This document shows positions 25,301 to 37,893 of a DNA stretch of 64,000 nucleotides, piece after piece. The position numbers and the translations under genes are program-made. The first letter of the stretch is position 1. The number at the start of each line of letters is the position of its first letter. The stretch comes from Lepidodermella squamata (lineage: Eukaryota; Animalia; Gastrotricha), in the NCBI GenBank assembly GCA_047495785.1, contig JBLDXI010000026.1, positions 868,001-932,000 on the forward strand, read 5' to 3'. Under the pieces are notes generated by a model. That model was not told where the DNA came from and did no database searches. It saw only the letters and a program-made list of their open reading frames with translations.

Positions 25301-25726
25301 AGCAACGATCGTTATCGTTGTCTGCAATCCAGCCTGGTGGGCAAAAGTGGCTCTGTAGCCGAAAAAGCGTCTTACAATGAGGTGGCAATGAATAGGTTTA
25401 TCACCAACCCTATAGTACATTTTGTGATTTGATTCTGAATCTTGCTTCAATTGCGGCAACGGAGTAATTGATCCGACGTGGCTGTACAGCTTGCAACTTC
25501 GCTTTGATTTGCTGTAAGCGAGACTACTGCAGCTTTGGTTTCCGGTGCAGTAACCCGTGCACGCAGTTAAAGAGTCAGTTGATGCTTCATAGTACGGCAA
25601 CAGAGTCGCTGGTAGCTTGCCTTCAAACTCAGGCTTGCTGACCCATTTTTCGAATGAACTCAGCAACGATTGGCTATCACAAAGGCTGAATGCCCCAGTG
25701 GAAAGAAACAACATTAGGAGAAACAT
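19373..25726 (-). CDS. Secreted mosaic protein: signal peptide, PAN/Apple, C-type lectin-like and kringle domains (exons ~25726-25409, 25352-25185, 23642-22708, possibly 22501-22481, 20534-20437, 20377-20111, ~20058-19911, ~19858-19699, ~19644-19373)
   Basis: PAN Cys patterns (CTGYC...C...C, CANKC...CVGF...CYLK), kringle (EYNG...CARW...HSYCRNPD...GPFC), CTL (CPPGW...CY, W..G.P, WYDQDC...ICE). Splice phases join across the long introns (KLYQ|ILRQ). The junction across 22708-20534 is the least certain. Confidence 0.75.
20547..22266. mobile_element. Non-autonomous Tc1/mariner-type element (~65-bp TIRs, TA TSD) in an intron
   Basis: ta|cagggtgttcaaaaaataatagccaggctatttttagcgttggactt ... aagtccaacgctaaaaatagcctggctattatttcttgaacaccctg|ta; no transposase ORF. 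Confidence 0.9.
20929..22138. mobile_element. Probable nested element inside the Tc1/mariner-type element
   Basis: Inverted ends ggtagatgtgca / tgcacatctacc with subterminal tgtgcaa repeats; no clear TSD. Confidence 0.5.
23690..24534. mobile_element. Non-autonomous hAT element in an intron
   Basis: TIR tagggatgtaac / gttacatcccta, perfect 8-bp TSD attttatg, subterminal ccgaaa arrays. Confidence 0.92.
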
Positions 25727-27311
25727 TATTTTGATATAATGCTCTTCGAATCACACAACGAATAGAATATTTTGGCGTTTATGTTGATTTGTGCTGTTAA
25801 GCAACGCCTCCTAACGATGTGATTGGCACGATAATGATGAATTAAGGCAGAACAGCTGTGAGCTGTGGTTTCATTTTTGCGGCGGGTTTGGGCGAGACGG
25901 CAGTATCGAACATGCCTTCGCTTAGTTTAAATCGATAGCTTTTCGCCTTTAAACTCACATTAGGATATACCGTAACCTGGACTTACAGTGGAAAAAACGT
26001 GTTTCCCGGGCTTCGTTTTTCGAGGTGAACGAATTTTGTGACGCGATTTGCGCCAAAATATTCGCCTTAAAAACTGCATATTCTAGTGCTAATCTCGGTA
26101 AAAAAAATACCTAAACTTACACAGGTATCCACAGGTAACTGGCTCGGCTAATTTCTGACACAACTGGAGTAATTTCGGGCAGCTCTGTGTGAATATTTAG
26201 ATTAGGGTCAAAGTTCACATTAAAGCGAGATAAAATTTATTGTGCGCAGATTTAATAGAAAAAATTAAAACATGCATGATGAGGGATTCGAACCCACGAT
26301 AGTGAATTGTGATCCTAATACAGCTTAGTGCCAAGGCATCTTTTGGAATTTGCTGTGGTTTGAAGCTGTCCGAAATTATCCGGAGCCAAATCTGTTTTCT
26401 AAAGCATTTTGTGATCAAAATGTTTGCTTAAAATTGGTTTGAGCATTCCAGCATACTAAAACGATAGCGCTCCATCTTTTCCGCTTCTCTCCCGGAAAAA
26501 ATACCTACTTGGTGAACAGTTGTTGGTAATTTTGGGCTGCGGAACATATCTGCGAAGAAGTTGGATCATTCTCCGCATACTTATCTGTTTTAAATGTTTC
26601 AGGTGTCATTTGAAAGACAAGACTCAGGGCTATTTTCTGCATTTCGAATGGTCTCTATATTCGCCAGGGTTGAGGAGAAATTTGAGTTCTAAGCCAAAAG
26701 TGTCTGAAATAAGACCGGTCCTCGGTATAGCTATTACGTATATGCCCATGTCGCTTCGCACAGCTAAATTTGTCGCCAATGATATTCTTGCCTCTAAAAG
26801 GAAACAGGAGCGAAATTTTGCAGGAAGGTAAATTTAAAATCAATTATTTTTGTGATATATTGGATCCCACCATCTCTAATTTTTCTTCATAGTTGAGAGC
26901 GCTTTGTGGCTAATATAAGAAATCTAAGGTTCAGGGATGGCATCAATATCGACCAACGAACGAAGCCAATATCACAAATAATCGGAATAATTTGTCGCCA
27001 GAACGTCAAAGGATATTTTTGGATTTAGAGTTCAAGTATTCAAATTCACGTTTATTACTGAAAACAGTTTTCGAAAAAGTTAAGAATCTCAATTTTCAGG
27101 CCAAAATTTTGGTTTGATGAGACACGGCCTTGTTAAAGTCTGTGAAGATTCTATACCTTCAAAGTTATGAATCTCGGATAAAGTCGATAAAATTCTGGAA
27201 AAGGTCACGGTTAGTTTATATGATATTCGCGTAAATTAAAGCTGGATATTTTCTTCAATTAAAGAAATCGGAATTTATTTATTTTTCAGTTATTTTCAGC
27301 AATGCAGCAAA

Positions 27312-28874
27312 TTAATGCACGTTCCTTTGGGCAGAAGTGTCAACAAGAAGAACCCCCTCGTTTTTCTCATCCAAATGCGGCGATAGGTGAAGTTCGTCCT
27401 GCAAAAACTGCGTAACAGGCTCGCGAAGCCGCGACTTGCCATCAGCATTGTGATTCCCCTTGCCAATGATGATTTTCATTTCACCCCGCTGGCCTTCATT
27501 CGCGTGATGCTTCAACCGAGCGCTGATGTAATTCTTCGCCTCTTGGATGCGCTGTTCATGAACATCGACCTCGCGCCAATCGGTGCGATGCTCGTTGTAG
27601 TATCGCTGAAGCAACCAACTGGCTCGATCATGGTCCTTGTTCGCTTCACGCAGCTTCAGAGCCTCATCTCTCAATTTTTCATCTGAAAAATATGTATAAA
27701 AAATAGAGGGAAATTGAATAAAGAAACTCATAAATGTCGAATTATTATCACAATTTTTTCATTGGCTACATGGTTTCGGAATTTTCCAGGTTGGTATTCT
27801 AATAGCGAAATGAAAAAAGTTGCATTTGACCGTGTACGGATTGGATAATTATTGCTGAAATTGGAAACTAAAGGTGTTTAAAATGGGTTTTTATAATCGG
27901 AGTGAATATTCGTGCTTTAATAAGTACGCGTTTTTTACTTTTCGTACTTGGAAGAGGTTCCAGTTGCGGTTAAAACTTTTGCTCAAAATATTCTATGAGC
28001 TGAAACTGAATAAAGCTTATACTTCACCTGGTTGGAAAAAAATCTGGCCATATCTTATTTGCTGTAAAAAAGCTTATTTTTGTTCGATTTTTTAGTTCCA
28101 GCTGAATCTGGAGCTTTCCGACCTTTCTGAAAGGTGCGGCTTATCACCTAAAACTTTCTCCACTGGAATCTTTGTTTCCAACCATGTAAAGTATGAGCCT
28201 TACTCAGTTTCAAATGTGGAAAATGCCGAACCTTTTCAATTTGTATTTTTATTACGTCTAATTTTTTTCGGAAGCCGGAAATGAGGCTGAAATGTTTCAC
28301 CATGAAATGAATCTCAGAGCCAGGTATACTGGCTTTCGAATCAAAGCCTATACAGAGAATCGATTTCACCGATATTCATTGAATTCCGAAGCCTCTAATG
28401 ATCCATGATTCAGATGGGAAAATCGGGTTTCTTTCAACTCAACAGTTGTAATTTAGGTTCTAGGGTTCCAGGTTCCAGTTTTGCCCACTTAAGGTAAGGT
28501 TCGCTTTGTTTGGTTCTTTGAAGTGGTTTGGTTCTTCAGGACATTGGATAAATGTCCCAAATTCAGACCAATTGCAAAATTCAAGCTCTTGGCAACGGTT
28601 GAATGTTAGCCTAACCAGGGTTGAATAATCGGCTTCAATTTTTCATTTTTAAATAAAATCAGCCATATTTTAGAAAAATAAGACAAGGGATGGATGAAAA
28701 AAAGTTAAAAAGGTTCGTTTAGGCCCAATTTTTTTTCACTTGACTATTGGCTAAAAACATACCCCTTTGCTTTCCAGACGGCAGAGGCAAATCTGCTGGG
28801 GTAGGCTCTTTTCGGCTTTCAGCGCCGCAACAGCGCCGGAAGAAATTTGCGATTCGAGTAAAAATTGAAGGCAT
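27312..28874 (-). CDS. Small stand-alone Smr (small MutS-related) domain protein, ~160 aa (exons 28874-28763, 27682-27312)
   Basis: EVDVHE (DLHG-like), IIIGKGNHN (GxGxHS-like), NEGVLLV. Upstream exon MPSIFTRIANFFRRCCG... joins in phase 1 (G|AT). Confidence 0.85.
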
Positions 28875-29686
28875 TTTCTATTAGCTATTGGCACTGGTAT
28901 ATTACTATTCAAATTTAGCTGGATCCTTCTGAAGTGTGTTATAATAATAAAGCCTTCACCTTAATACATACATCAGGCTGGCTAGTTTGTGATGATGTAT
29001 AGAGTGAGAGGTAGATTTTTTCATTATTATATCATTTATTATAGCAGCCAGCTGTTTTTTCCTTTCTACTACTACATCTATGATGAATGCGATATGCAAA
29101 CACGTGCGGCGCATTTTTTGCGATGATATATTTTTTCATGCAAAAAAGCCGGTTCGGATTTTGTTTTCGATATGTTCCTAATGTTCCAGTAAAATGTCCT
29201 AATCTAGCTCCGAATAGCCGCTGACGGGGATTTAAGTCCAATCAATCACCCTGGGATTATGGCGACCCGAGAGTTCAATCTTGTCGTTTAGATGTGTAAA
29301 AACAGACAGTTTAAGCTGTTTATTCCATGTTGGTTGGATAATAACAGATAACCAACAATATTGGCAATTGCACCCTTCAGCGTGGACATTGTCGAATACT
29401 ATTTATATACTAATTAAACGTTCAGCTGAAACTTTGCGACCTCGCGGCAGGATAACTTGTTCCTGCATTACTTTTAGTAAATCGAATAAAAATGTCATCG
29501 TTATTTTAGTACATTACGGACGTCGTCGCTGGGTTTCCGTTTTCGACTGCTATACCCCTTCAGCATACACTTTGGCTTTGTTATCGCCAAAGAGTTTGCT
29601 GATTTTTTTTAATTTTCACTTTTTAGCTTTGAATGCCATAGAATCTGATTCTTGAGCTAATAAATCCCGATATTTCCAGCTTTTTA

Positions 29687-29758
29687 CAGAGTGGCCGAAA
29701 TGAAGATTTTTAAGAAGCGCGTCGAATTTCCCTTCCGCGGCTTTTTTTGGCCACCCTG
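29687..29758. mobile_element. 72-bp mariner-like mini-MITE
   Basis: ta|cagagtggcc ... ggccaccctg|ta. Confidence 0.55.
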
Positions 29759-30877
29759 TAAAATTAAAATCGTAATAAAATTTCATGCACTTGATCGACT
29801 GTTATACCATACAACTCCTAGGATAATTTATTGGTAACACTTTCAAATTTAGCCCTTGTGGACGTAGAATTTCCCCACTCGCGCCTAGTCTTGATCTGAT
29901 CGATTTTTTGCAAGCAAAAAATTCAAATAAAATAGCGCGAGAATTCTAGTTTCTCTTGGTAGCATAATTCTTGGGCAGACCGAAAATGATTGCGGCTATA
30001 GGTTAAAGCAATTATCTCTTCAATCTAAACATGGCCAGAATTCTATTTCCGTTTGCCATAAATAAATTATTTGTCATGAACAATTGATCGCTGTGTCAAT
30101 AATAGACTCTTCTCATCGATAGCAGGAATCGCTTGGCGGCAAATTCAAGGTTGAATCCAAGGTTGAAGTCGATTTTTGCCATCATAATGGTAAATATCTG
30201 GAAATATTGGCTTTCATTATAGCTCATCAGCGATTATTTTAATAATAAATATGTATGCAGTCCAAGTATTATTTCCGATACCTATAATATGAATGCGATG
30301 TGAATTGCGTGAAATGCCTAGTTCAAAAAAGACATTCGCGCAGACATCAGACGGAAAAACCGACTTCGCTCTTGTAGGATCAGAAAATTAACTCTGTTTG
30401 TCATTTTGTTTTCTTTGACGTATAAATAATGGCAGATACCCCCAGTTCCCCAATAGACCTAGCTAAAAACCAAACTAAATAAATCTCGGCTTATTGTCTT
30501 ATTTCATTAAATTATTCAATAATATGTCTTAAAGCGTTCAACCGAATAAGGCAATCCTACGCCTGTGTCATCGCCATTTGATAGTAGAAATCAAGCACAG
30601 TTTGAGGTTTAGAGTTCGAGCGGACGTCACATGATCGAGTTTAACCGCGATTTTAAATTGTTGCCCGTGCAATTTTTTTAGTGAATTTTTTTGGATGAAA
30701 ATAAGAAAGCTTCAGGTTTATTACTCTATTAACCCACATTTTTAGCTAGATCCTCTTTTATCTGGGGCGACCTGGCATCAAGTGAAGATTCCGTATCTAG
30801 ATTATTAGGATTAGGTTCAGGGTTCCGATTGGGATAAGGTTCAGGAGGATTAGGTTCTCAATACGTATGATTTGATA

Positions 30878-31110
30878 CACCAGAAAAAAAACCCTGATAA
30901 AAATCGGCTTTTTACCTTGTGAATCCTCTCAATTAGGGCCCTGTGAATATCCCGATCTTCACCGATCTTCAACATTTATCTGGATTCGTGCCCAAAATCA
31001 CCCTAATTCATCTACTAAAACCATTAATTCATCCGCCAAAAGAATGAATTCAGATACCGAAACTGAATCAATGCTTTCGGTAAATGAATCAGGGTGATTT
31101 TTTTCTGGTG
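30878..31110. mobile_element. MITE with CAC...GTG ends and TA flanks
   Basis: ta|caccagaaaaaaaaccctgat ... atcagggtgatttttttctggtg|ta. Confidence 0.75.
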
Positions 31111-31798
31111 TATGGCTACGTCAAAATAACATAAAAATTATTATTTTACGTATAAATATTATTGAATGCCCAATAATAAAAATCCAACATTAAGGTGGCA
31201 GTCCGAAATAGGACATTATAAAGTGCTTAATACGCCCAGAAAATGAGTTTTTCGAGTGTGTCTCGCCGCATTTTTCGTCCTTTCATTAAGCGATCACGAA
31301 TTAATTGCGGCCGCCTTTACCGAAAATTGCTGATCGGAAAATTTTGACTAAAATTCAATAAATGATTAATACCCTATGAACCAATGCGTTTTTACTTATT
31401 TTTCCGGATTTTGAAATATAGGCCGGAAAAATCCTACTGCCTCTATTGTTCGATTTTCGCGTTCTATTATTGTGCGTTTTTAATTGCTATTAGATTACCA
31501 ACCCTCAGCCGACCCAGTTTTGCTGCGATAAATTTTCATCGCAAATCGATTTTGAGAGAATATAGCGCAGCAGCTTGATATTAAATTTCGATAAACCTTA
31601 TTTTAGTCCAAATATTTTAATTCTCAGCGGTTGCATTAATCATCCGATCAAAAACATGGACTAAACAGACCACAATTACATTATCTTGTGTAATTATCCG
31701 TATAGTATCCTGTGTAATATCCTATTATTCCGAGGGTGTAATGAGTGCGCGCACATTTTTTATAGGTCCAGAGTGCGTTTTTCATTCGACGTAATGAG

Positions 31799-32992
31799 AT
31801 GCCAAATTTATCGAATATTTCCTCCGTTGATCGGCTGACATGTATCAATTTCGAGTCAGACGAAGGCCCAGCAATTCGATTTTGCCTCAGCTACCTTCTT
31901 CCGGCCATAATTCTGTTGGGAGTTCTCGCCAACAGCGTCAATTTTTTCCTATTAAAAGACGGCAAAGTGTTCAAATCACCGACTTATATCTACCTAGGCT
32001 ATGTCGCCCTATTCCAGGCGCTGAACCTCTCCGCTCAATTGTGCAATGTCGTCGGGAAATTTCATTTTTTCGACTCGAATTGGACCTGGTTTATCGTGGC
32101 AAATTTCTCGTGGCCGCTAACTACAACAAGTTGCACCTTGGCCGTATTGTTCACCTGTGCTTTCACGGTTGAGCGATATTTTTTCGTTACAAGAAATCGG
32201 GCATCTATCAACAGATCTCAAAGTTCGATTACCGCGTTGAAAATACGACGAAGAACAGCTAAAATTGTGGCGATTATTATCGCTATTTTCGGGACGGTGG
32301 TGAATTTTCCGAGGATGGTGGCTTACACGGCTGAGCCATATTCAAGCTGTTTTCAATATCGATACAAGGACGCGTGGCACTACTATTTTTCAATATACTC
32401 AGTAGTCAGATTTTTTGTTTATAATATTGGTGAAAATTTCGAAAATTTAATTTTTCTAATTGTTTAAAATTAATTTTTCAGGATGTTTGCTGATTCTGAT
32501 CGTATTCGATGCTTTGCTCATTCATTCCATCTATCAGGATGCTGCGTCAAGAATCTACACGAGGGTCGATAAGAAAAATTATCGGCTGACTGTGATGCTA
32601 ATTATAGTCACTTGTACTACGATTCTCGGTGAACTTCCGGTAAATTTCATGATTTTCCTGATTTTTCTCGAATTTCTCTAAATTCTTCAACTTTAATTTT
32701 AAATTTTAATTGAATTTACATTTAATTTCTGGGATTCTTTTTCAAATTTTCCCTAGTTTTTCATCGATTTCTGATTTTTATCTAGGTTGCTCTTACGAAT
32801 CCTGTGTCAGTTAATTTGATATGGCAGCGACTTGGCCTCGAAAACTCTCTTTTGCTTCGATATTTGAGGCTAATATCTGGTGTTCTGCTAGCAATCGAGT
32901 ATGGATCTCACTTTCTTATCATGTTTATCGGAAATAACCTATTCCGAAAAACTCTTCTATCGAAAATCAGCTGTCGATTACAACAAAAATAG
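31799..32992 (+). CDS. Rhodopsin-class 7TM GPCR, paralog 6 (exons 31799-32429, 32482-32639, 32786-32992)
   Basis: GVLAN, SPTYIYL, FTVERY, GELP, EYGSHFLI; same intron positions as the cluster paralogs. Confidence 0.9.
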
Positions 32993-34424
32993 AATAAAAA
33001 ATGCGACGATTACGCAAATTGAAGCCCTTGAGAAACTCTTATTTTTCGATTCCTTTTGGATTTTATAAAAATTTATTTACTTCACAATTTATTTTTGAAA
33101 AAAAAACTTTCCTTATGACATGTGATATATCGATAGAGAAAATATCGGGGATTAAACCTGTGAAAGCCCCATTTTTTTATCCTCTACGGTTGCGTAGATA
33201 TTCCAGTGTCAAGTTGGTCACGTGACCTTACCTGTTGTCACACCTGAGCGACTATCCCGAGAACGCTGATAGCTATGAAGCCGCTCTCAAAGAAAAAGTT
33301 CATCGCCATGATGAGATCCATTTGGGAATGGAATTGGTTAGGGGTGATACTTTTTGCTTAGTTCAGGTGAAGTTTGGTGACAGACCCTTCAAATAGGCCC
33401 AGCTAACTCCCAAGACGCATTAGGGGTGATGGAGTTGGAAACTTACTAAAAATGGGAACTATTACCTGCCTATGGGCTTTAGTTTAGTATTTCGTCATCT
33501 CAGAAGAAAAATCGCCTTTAACAAAGGTAACAAACGATTGCGAAATAACGTACAGGTACGGTTATTTTTCATTATTATTTAACATGATTCCACGATACGT
33601 ATGGATTTTACGCTACACGTTCAACTAATGATGATAATAATAAATGCACGTCACATTAAAAAGGTGCTTTAATACAAACAATAGGCGAGTTCACAGCACA
33701 CGTTACGGTTTTTGTAGACAAGTTACAGTTACGAGCGAAAAAATAATATAATACTTTGAATATACTTTTAAATAATATTAATTCTTTAGTTCGCCAACTA
33801 GATGTTTATTTTTGTTATCTTGTACGTGGGTGGAAAAGTTTTGTATTATTATTTGTTAGGCGCTAGACACAATTTAAAAAATTATTTTAAAAAAATTCAA
33901 TCAAAATTACGGGTTAAAACAAAAATTTCGTGTCTTGTTTCATAACTACTTATCTAATAGCTTGTCTTTCCCCCACCTTCCTGTACTGTATCACGGACTT
34001 GGAAAATGTCGGGGCCAAAACCTGTCTGCTTACAAATTAGCTTCAGCATTGATTTTCATTTCCCAGCCGTTTATTATTCATGCTATATATCACGTATATT
34101 GTGTAATTTTGTGTCTTGATTTGTCGCAGCATAGAATAATAGAAAGGAAATAATGCGAACTCATCATAGTCTGTCTTATTTGCACTACCCGACATGCGAT
34201 CAATCGATAGCGACAAGTTTTTCACGCACCGCTAACATCACACCTCTTTTTACCTCTGATGCGAAAAAAACCACTCATTTGTACATTTTTATGCACCTCA
34301 AAAACAATCATTTGAACAATTATTGGTAAGTGTCCTATGTAGAATCAAGAGTGTTATTGCTATTATTATCGATGGCGTTTGAATTTGACCTTGCCCGGAC
34401 AGGACGATTTTGCATGAAATATTA

Positions 34425-37366
34425 ATGATGGTAACTCGATGTAAGGTATGCGACGCGATCGTTCCGCCTCGGAAACACTACCAGCCGTCGTGTTGTGAGG
34501 CTTGTCAAAAATTTTACGCCCGAAAGCGCGATCGCAGCGATAAGCTAAAATGCCAACACGATACGACTATTGCTGCGGTTGAATTCAACTCATACTCGGC
34601 TAACCATGTCCGGCGAAAAATGTGCCCGAAATGTAGGTTCGATCGATGTGTGGCGATTGGCATGCAGGCGAGGAAACTTTTGGCTGCAAGTCCTCCCGAG
34701 ACGGATAAAAACTTCGTCGATGAACAAGTTCCTGTCGAGCCTAAAATAGTCGATGAATCATCCGAGTTGGTTTTTCAAACTGCCGTCCACGCTTTCTCAG
34801 CTTTTCATCCTATGCAATCGGTAAATTAAAACTGGGTCGTTCCTACTTAAATAATTGCGCGTTTCGGGATATTCATACTTTTGGCGGCTTTACAGTTATG
34901 TAATATTCGACATTTTTTGGGCATAATATTCTGCTTTTTACACTGAGTAGGAATCGTATGCAATATCTAGAATTTAGCCTCATCAAATTTGCTCGTAAAA
35001 TCAGGAGCTTTTTTCATAAATCCCAAGATTCTCCTAAATTCCCAAGGTTCCCAAGGTTCGGAACCTTTAAGGTTTCCTGAGCTTTTCTATCCTAATTTCA
35101 TGGTTTTGCATGCAAGTTTGAAAAGGCCAAAGCTACGTTATCTATGAGGAATGATTCACGTACGGATATCCACTTCGATTAAAACTAGAACAAGTACCTA
35201 TTTTCGATATTAGGATTTAAAAACTAATTAAGTTTTATGCAGAATTTTTTACTATCGAATCACCAAAATCTTCGATTTTCAATGACTCGAAGTTATTTAG
35301 GGTTGGGGTTAGGTTTCAGTGCCATTTTGAGGCTAATAGTTTGTGTCAGGGCTGGATTACTGCTCAGGTTTAGGGTTGAGCTGATGGGGTTTCGGGTTTT
35401 AAGAAATTTTCCTTTTATGCACTTCCCCAACAGCCATTTTAAAGCAAGTAAAATTACATTTAGGGTGAAAACTTTCATATGTATGACAAAATCACCTTTC
35501 ATACATATTTTTTCATTTAATACGAGCTGGAAACGTAAAGAAAATGACAGCGAACTGGTTTTCGGTTTTTCAAAACAAAAACTGGGATCCGAAAACATAG
35601 CCAATTTTTCTACTTGAAAATAGTTATTAGTGAAGCGCAAGGGCCCTAAAATCTAACTTTGGAAAAACTTTGAAATCGATTTAAACCTAACCCTAACCTG
35701 AACCCTGAACCCTGAACCCTTACCCTAACCCCTAACTCTAACTCCTATTCGCCGTTGTCGTGAAAAGCACAATTTTATGAAAAAAATATGTATGAAAGGT
35801 GATTTTGTCATACATTAATATGTATAAAAGAACACTTTGTTACTTTTATTTCGATAGCGAATTTTTTTAATTTCAAAATTAAACTTTTTTATTAGTTATA
35901 TTCCATAATTCCAACTTGAATTTTATGAGTATGGAAATACGCATAAAATAAAAAATTTGATAAGATGTTTCTTTTTTGTAATTTTCAATGTGAACAACAG
36001 CGCGAAGAATTTGCGACCATTTTCCTTTCATTCAAATAAAAAATTGCATTCATAATTCTGTGTGAAAGTTAAGCGCGCTTTTGAATATTCGATTCACTAA
36101 AAAGACATTTCCGGGGATTTCAAGGTTAAGTGGATTTCTGTTAACATCTGAATTTTCTTTGAAAGAATGGCGTCATCATACGATTTGGATAAATATTCTG
36201 AAAATGACACCTGTATATGAAAATGACCACTTTCGCTCCATATTCTGAAATTAGTCATCTCAAGTATGACACATTTTTTTACGACTGTGTAATGATTTGT
36301 TGCGTTTTTTAGGGTCCCCATAAAAGTATTGCAGCGCCGGTGGCTAACATGGATTTCATGTCAGAATTGGTCCTTCAGAAAGTCGTAGCTACGAACAAAA
36401 CTCTAAACACTTACAACACGTTCTACCTAGGTAAAAAGTAAATTGATGTTAAATTTTCTTGAAACAAATATACTTATTTTCAGACTTAGCTTCAAAAATC
36501 GATTTAACGATTTCTCGAGACGAATTATTGGAGGTTGAAAAACTGACAACGCCGGCGATTCCGACGATTTTCTTCCATCTACCCGGCTCACATTCGTCAT
36601 TTTTCGGCTGGAACGAGAAGGCACTGCTGACGTTTCTGACAACTTATCCAGAATTTCAGGTCAAAAAATTGTACTTAAATTTTTTTTGTCTGAGTTTTAA
36701 TTTGTCCCCTACGAAAATAGGCTGCTTACAACAAAGTTCAACTGCTGCGTAAAGCTTTGTCTGAATTAAATCCTTCTTTCCCGGAAACCGTTCTGTTATT
36801 GGCTATCTTAAATTTTAAGGGTGAGCTTCTCAGACATATTCATTCGGGTGCTTCATGTCGTCTGTCAATAATAGAAAAATTTCGCGTATACTTCTTTAAA
36901 GGAGTTTTGCTGTTGTTTTGGTGCCGCTTCTCCCTATAACGTGCAGAAACTTCATAGCCCCAAAGTTTTCTCAGCTGGCTGTGAAGCTGGAAGCTAAAGC
37001 TCTAGCGACCATGTTGTCGGTGCTTTGTCGTTAATGAATATTTTATTTTCATAGCCACGATGTCCCCGGCCAATTTGGAGGTCAATTTTTCCAAATTTTT
37101 ATTTTTTTCCTTATTATTTTCTAGATAATTCGAGTCGATTTCCTGGGTTGGCACAACTTCAAAATCAATTGAACACCCTGCTAAATATGGTTGTTTCTAA
37201 AATGTGCGATGCTAAAGGTTTAATATCGACCCACGATAGACTGGCTAAAATCGATGAATGTTCAAGACTTGTTCGTATTTGTTGTAAAGAACTTGTACTA
37301 TCTTACAGCAAATACCGCGAGTGGTCCAAGGTTCACACCGCTATTGTTCAGCTACTTGGAACGTAA
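34425..37366 (+). CDS. Divergent nuclear receptor 1 (exons ~34425-34820, 36313-36430, 36484-36659, ~36722-36820, ~37125-37366)
   Basis: CKVC...HY...CEACQKFYAR...C...CPKCRFDRCVAIGM DNA-binding domain. Downstream helical exons have LBD-like LSELNPSFPETVLLLAIL and align with the paralog. Confidence 0.8.
35479..35815. repeat. ~38-bp inverted repeats enclosing a degenerate (AACCCT)n tract
   Basis: atgtatgacaaaatcacctttcatacatattttttcat and its reverse complement at 35777-35815; aacctaaccctaacctgaaccctg... at 35684-35745. Confidence 0.75.
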
Positions 37367-37893
37367 CGTTTCTCATCATTCATTTATCACGGACTTGCTA
37401 GGCTGATTCATGTATATTGGCGCGCTATTTTTATGCCAGAATATAAAAGCAGAACGCGCGCATGCGAAATAAACCTCAAACATTTTATTGCATGTAGGAC
37501 ACACGCCGGTTTAATAAGCAGCACCTGCGCCGCAGACTTTTTTATCGAATAACGCGCTAATCGATATGGAATAGCCGTAGGTATGTCGCGTATTTTTTTT
37601 TCTCGCGCGCGCGCCATATTATATGTACTTATATAGCTTTTCAGGCTTTTTCCACTCACCCTGAGAATATACGGTTGAAACCTCGGAACTTGTCTTGTAC
37701 TAACAGATAATGTCTGCTGTCTATACAAATGAACTACTAATTTCAGATGTCTTAGAGTGATCAAATTTCATCCCATCGTGCTCAGTGCGTTCATAGTTAT
37801 AGTCTTTCATTTCACGCGTTTATTAAAATTTAATGGAAATGAATTTATTTTTCCATTTAATTTTTTTTAGAATTTTATTTTTTCACGATTAAA

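Noticed and set aside
26275-26345. tRNA or SINE suggested by B-box ggttcgaatccc on the minus strand
   Set aside because: No cloverleaf or convincing A-box could be built.
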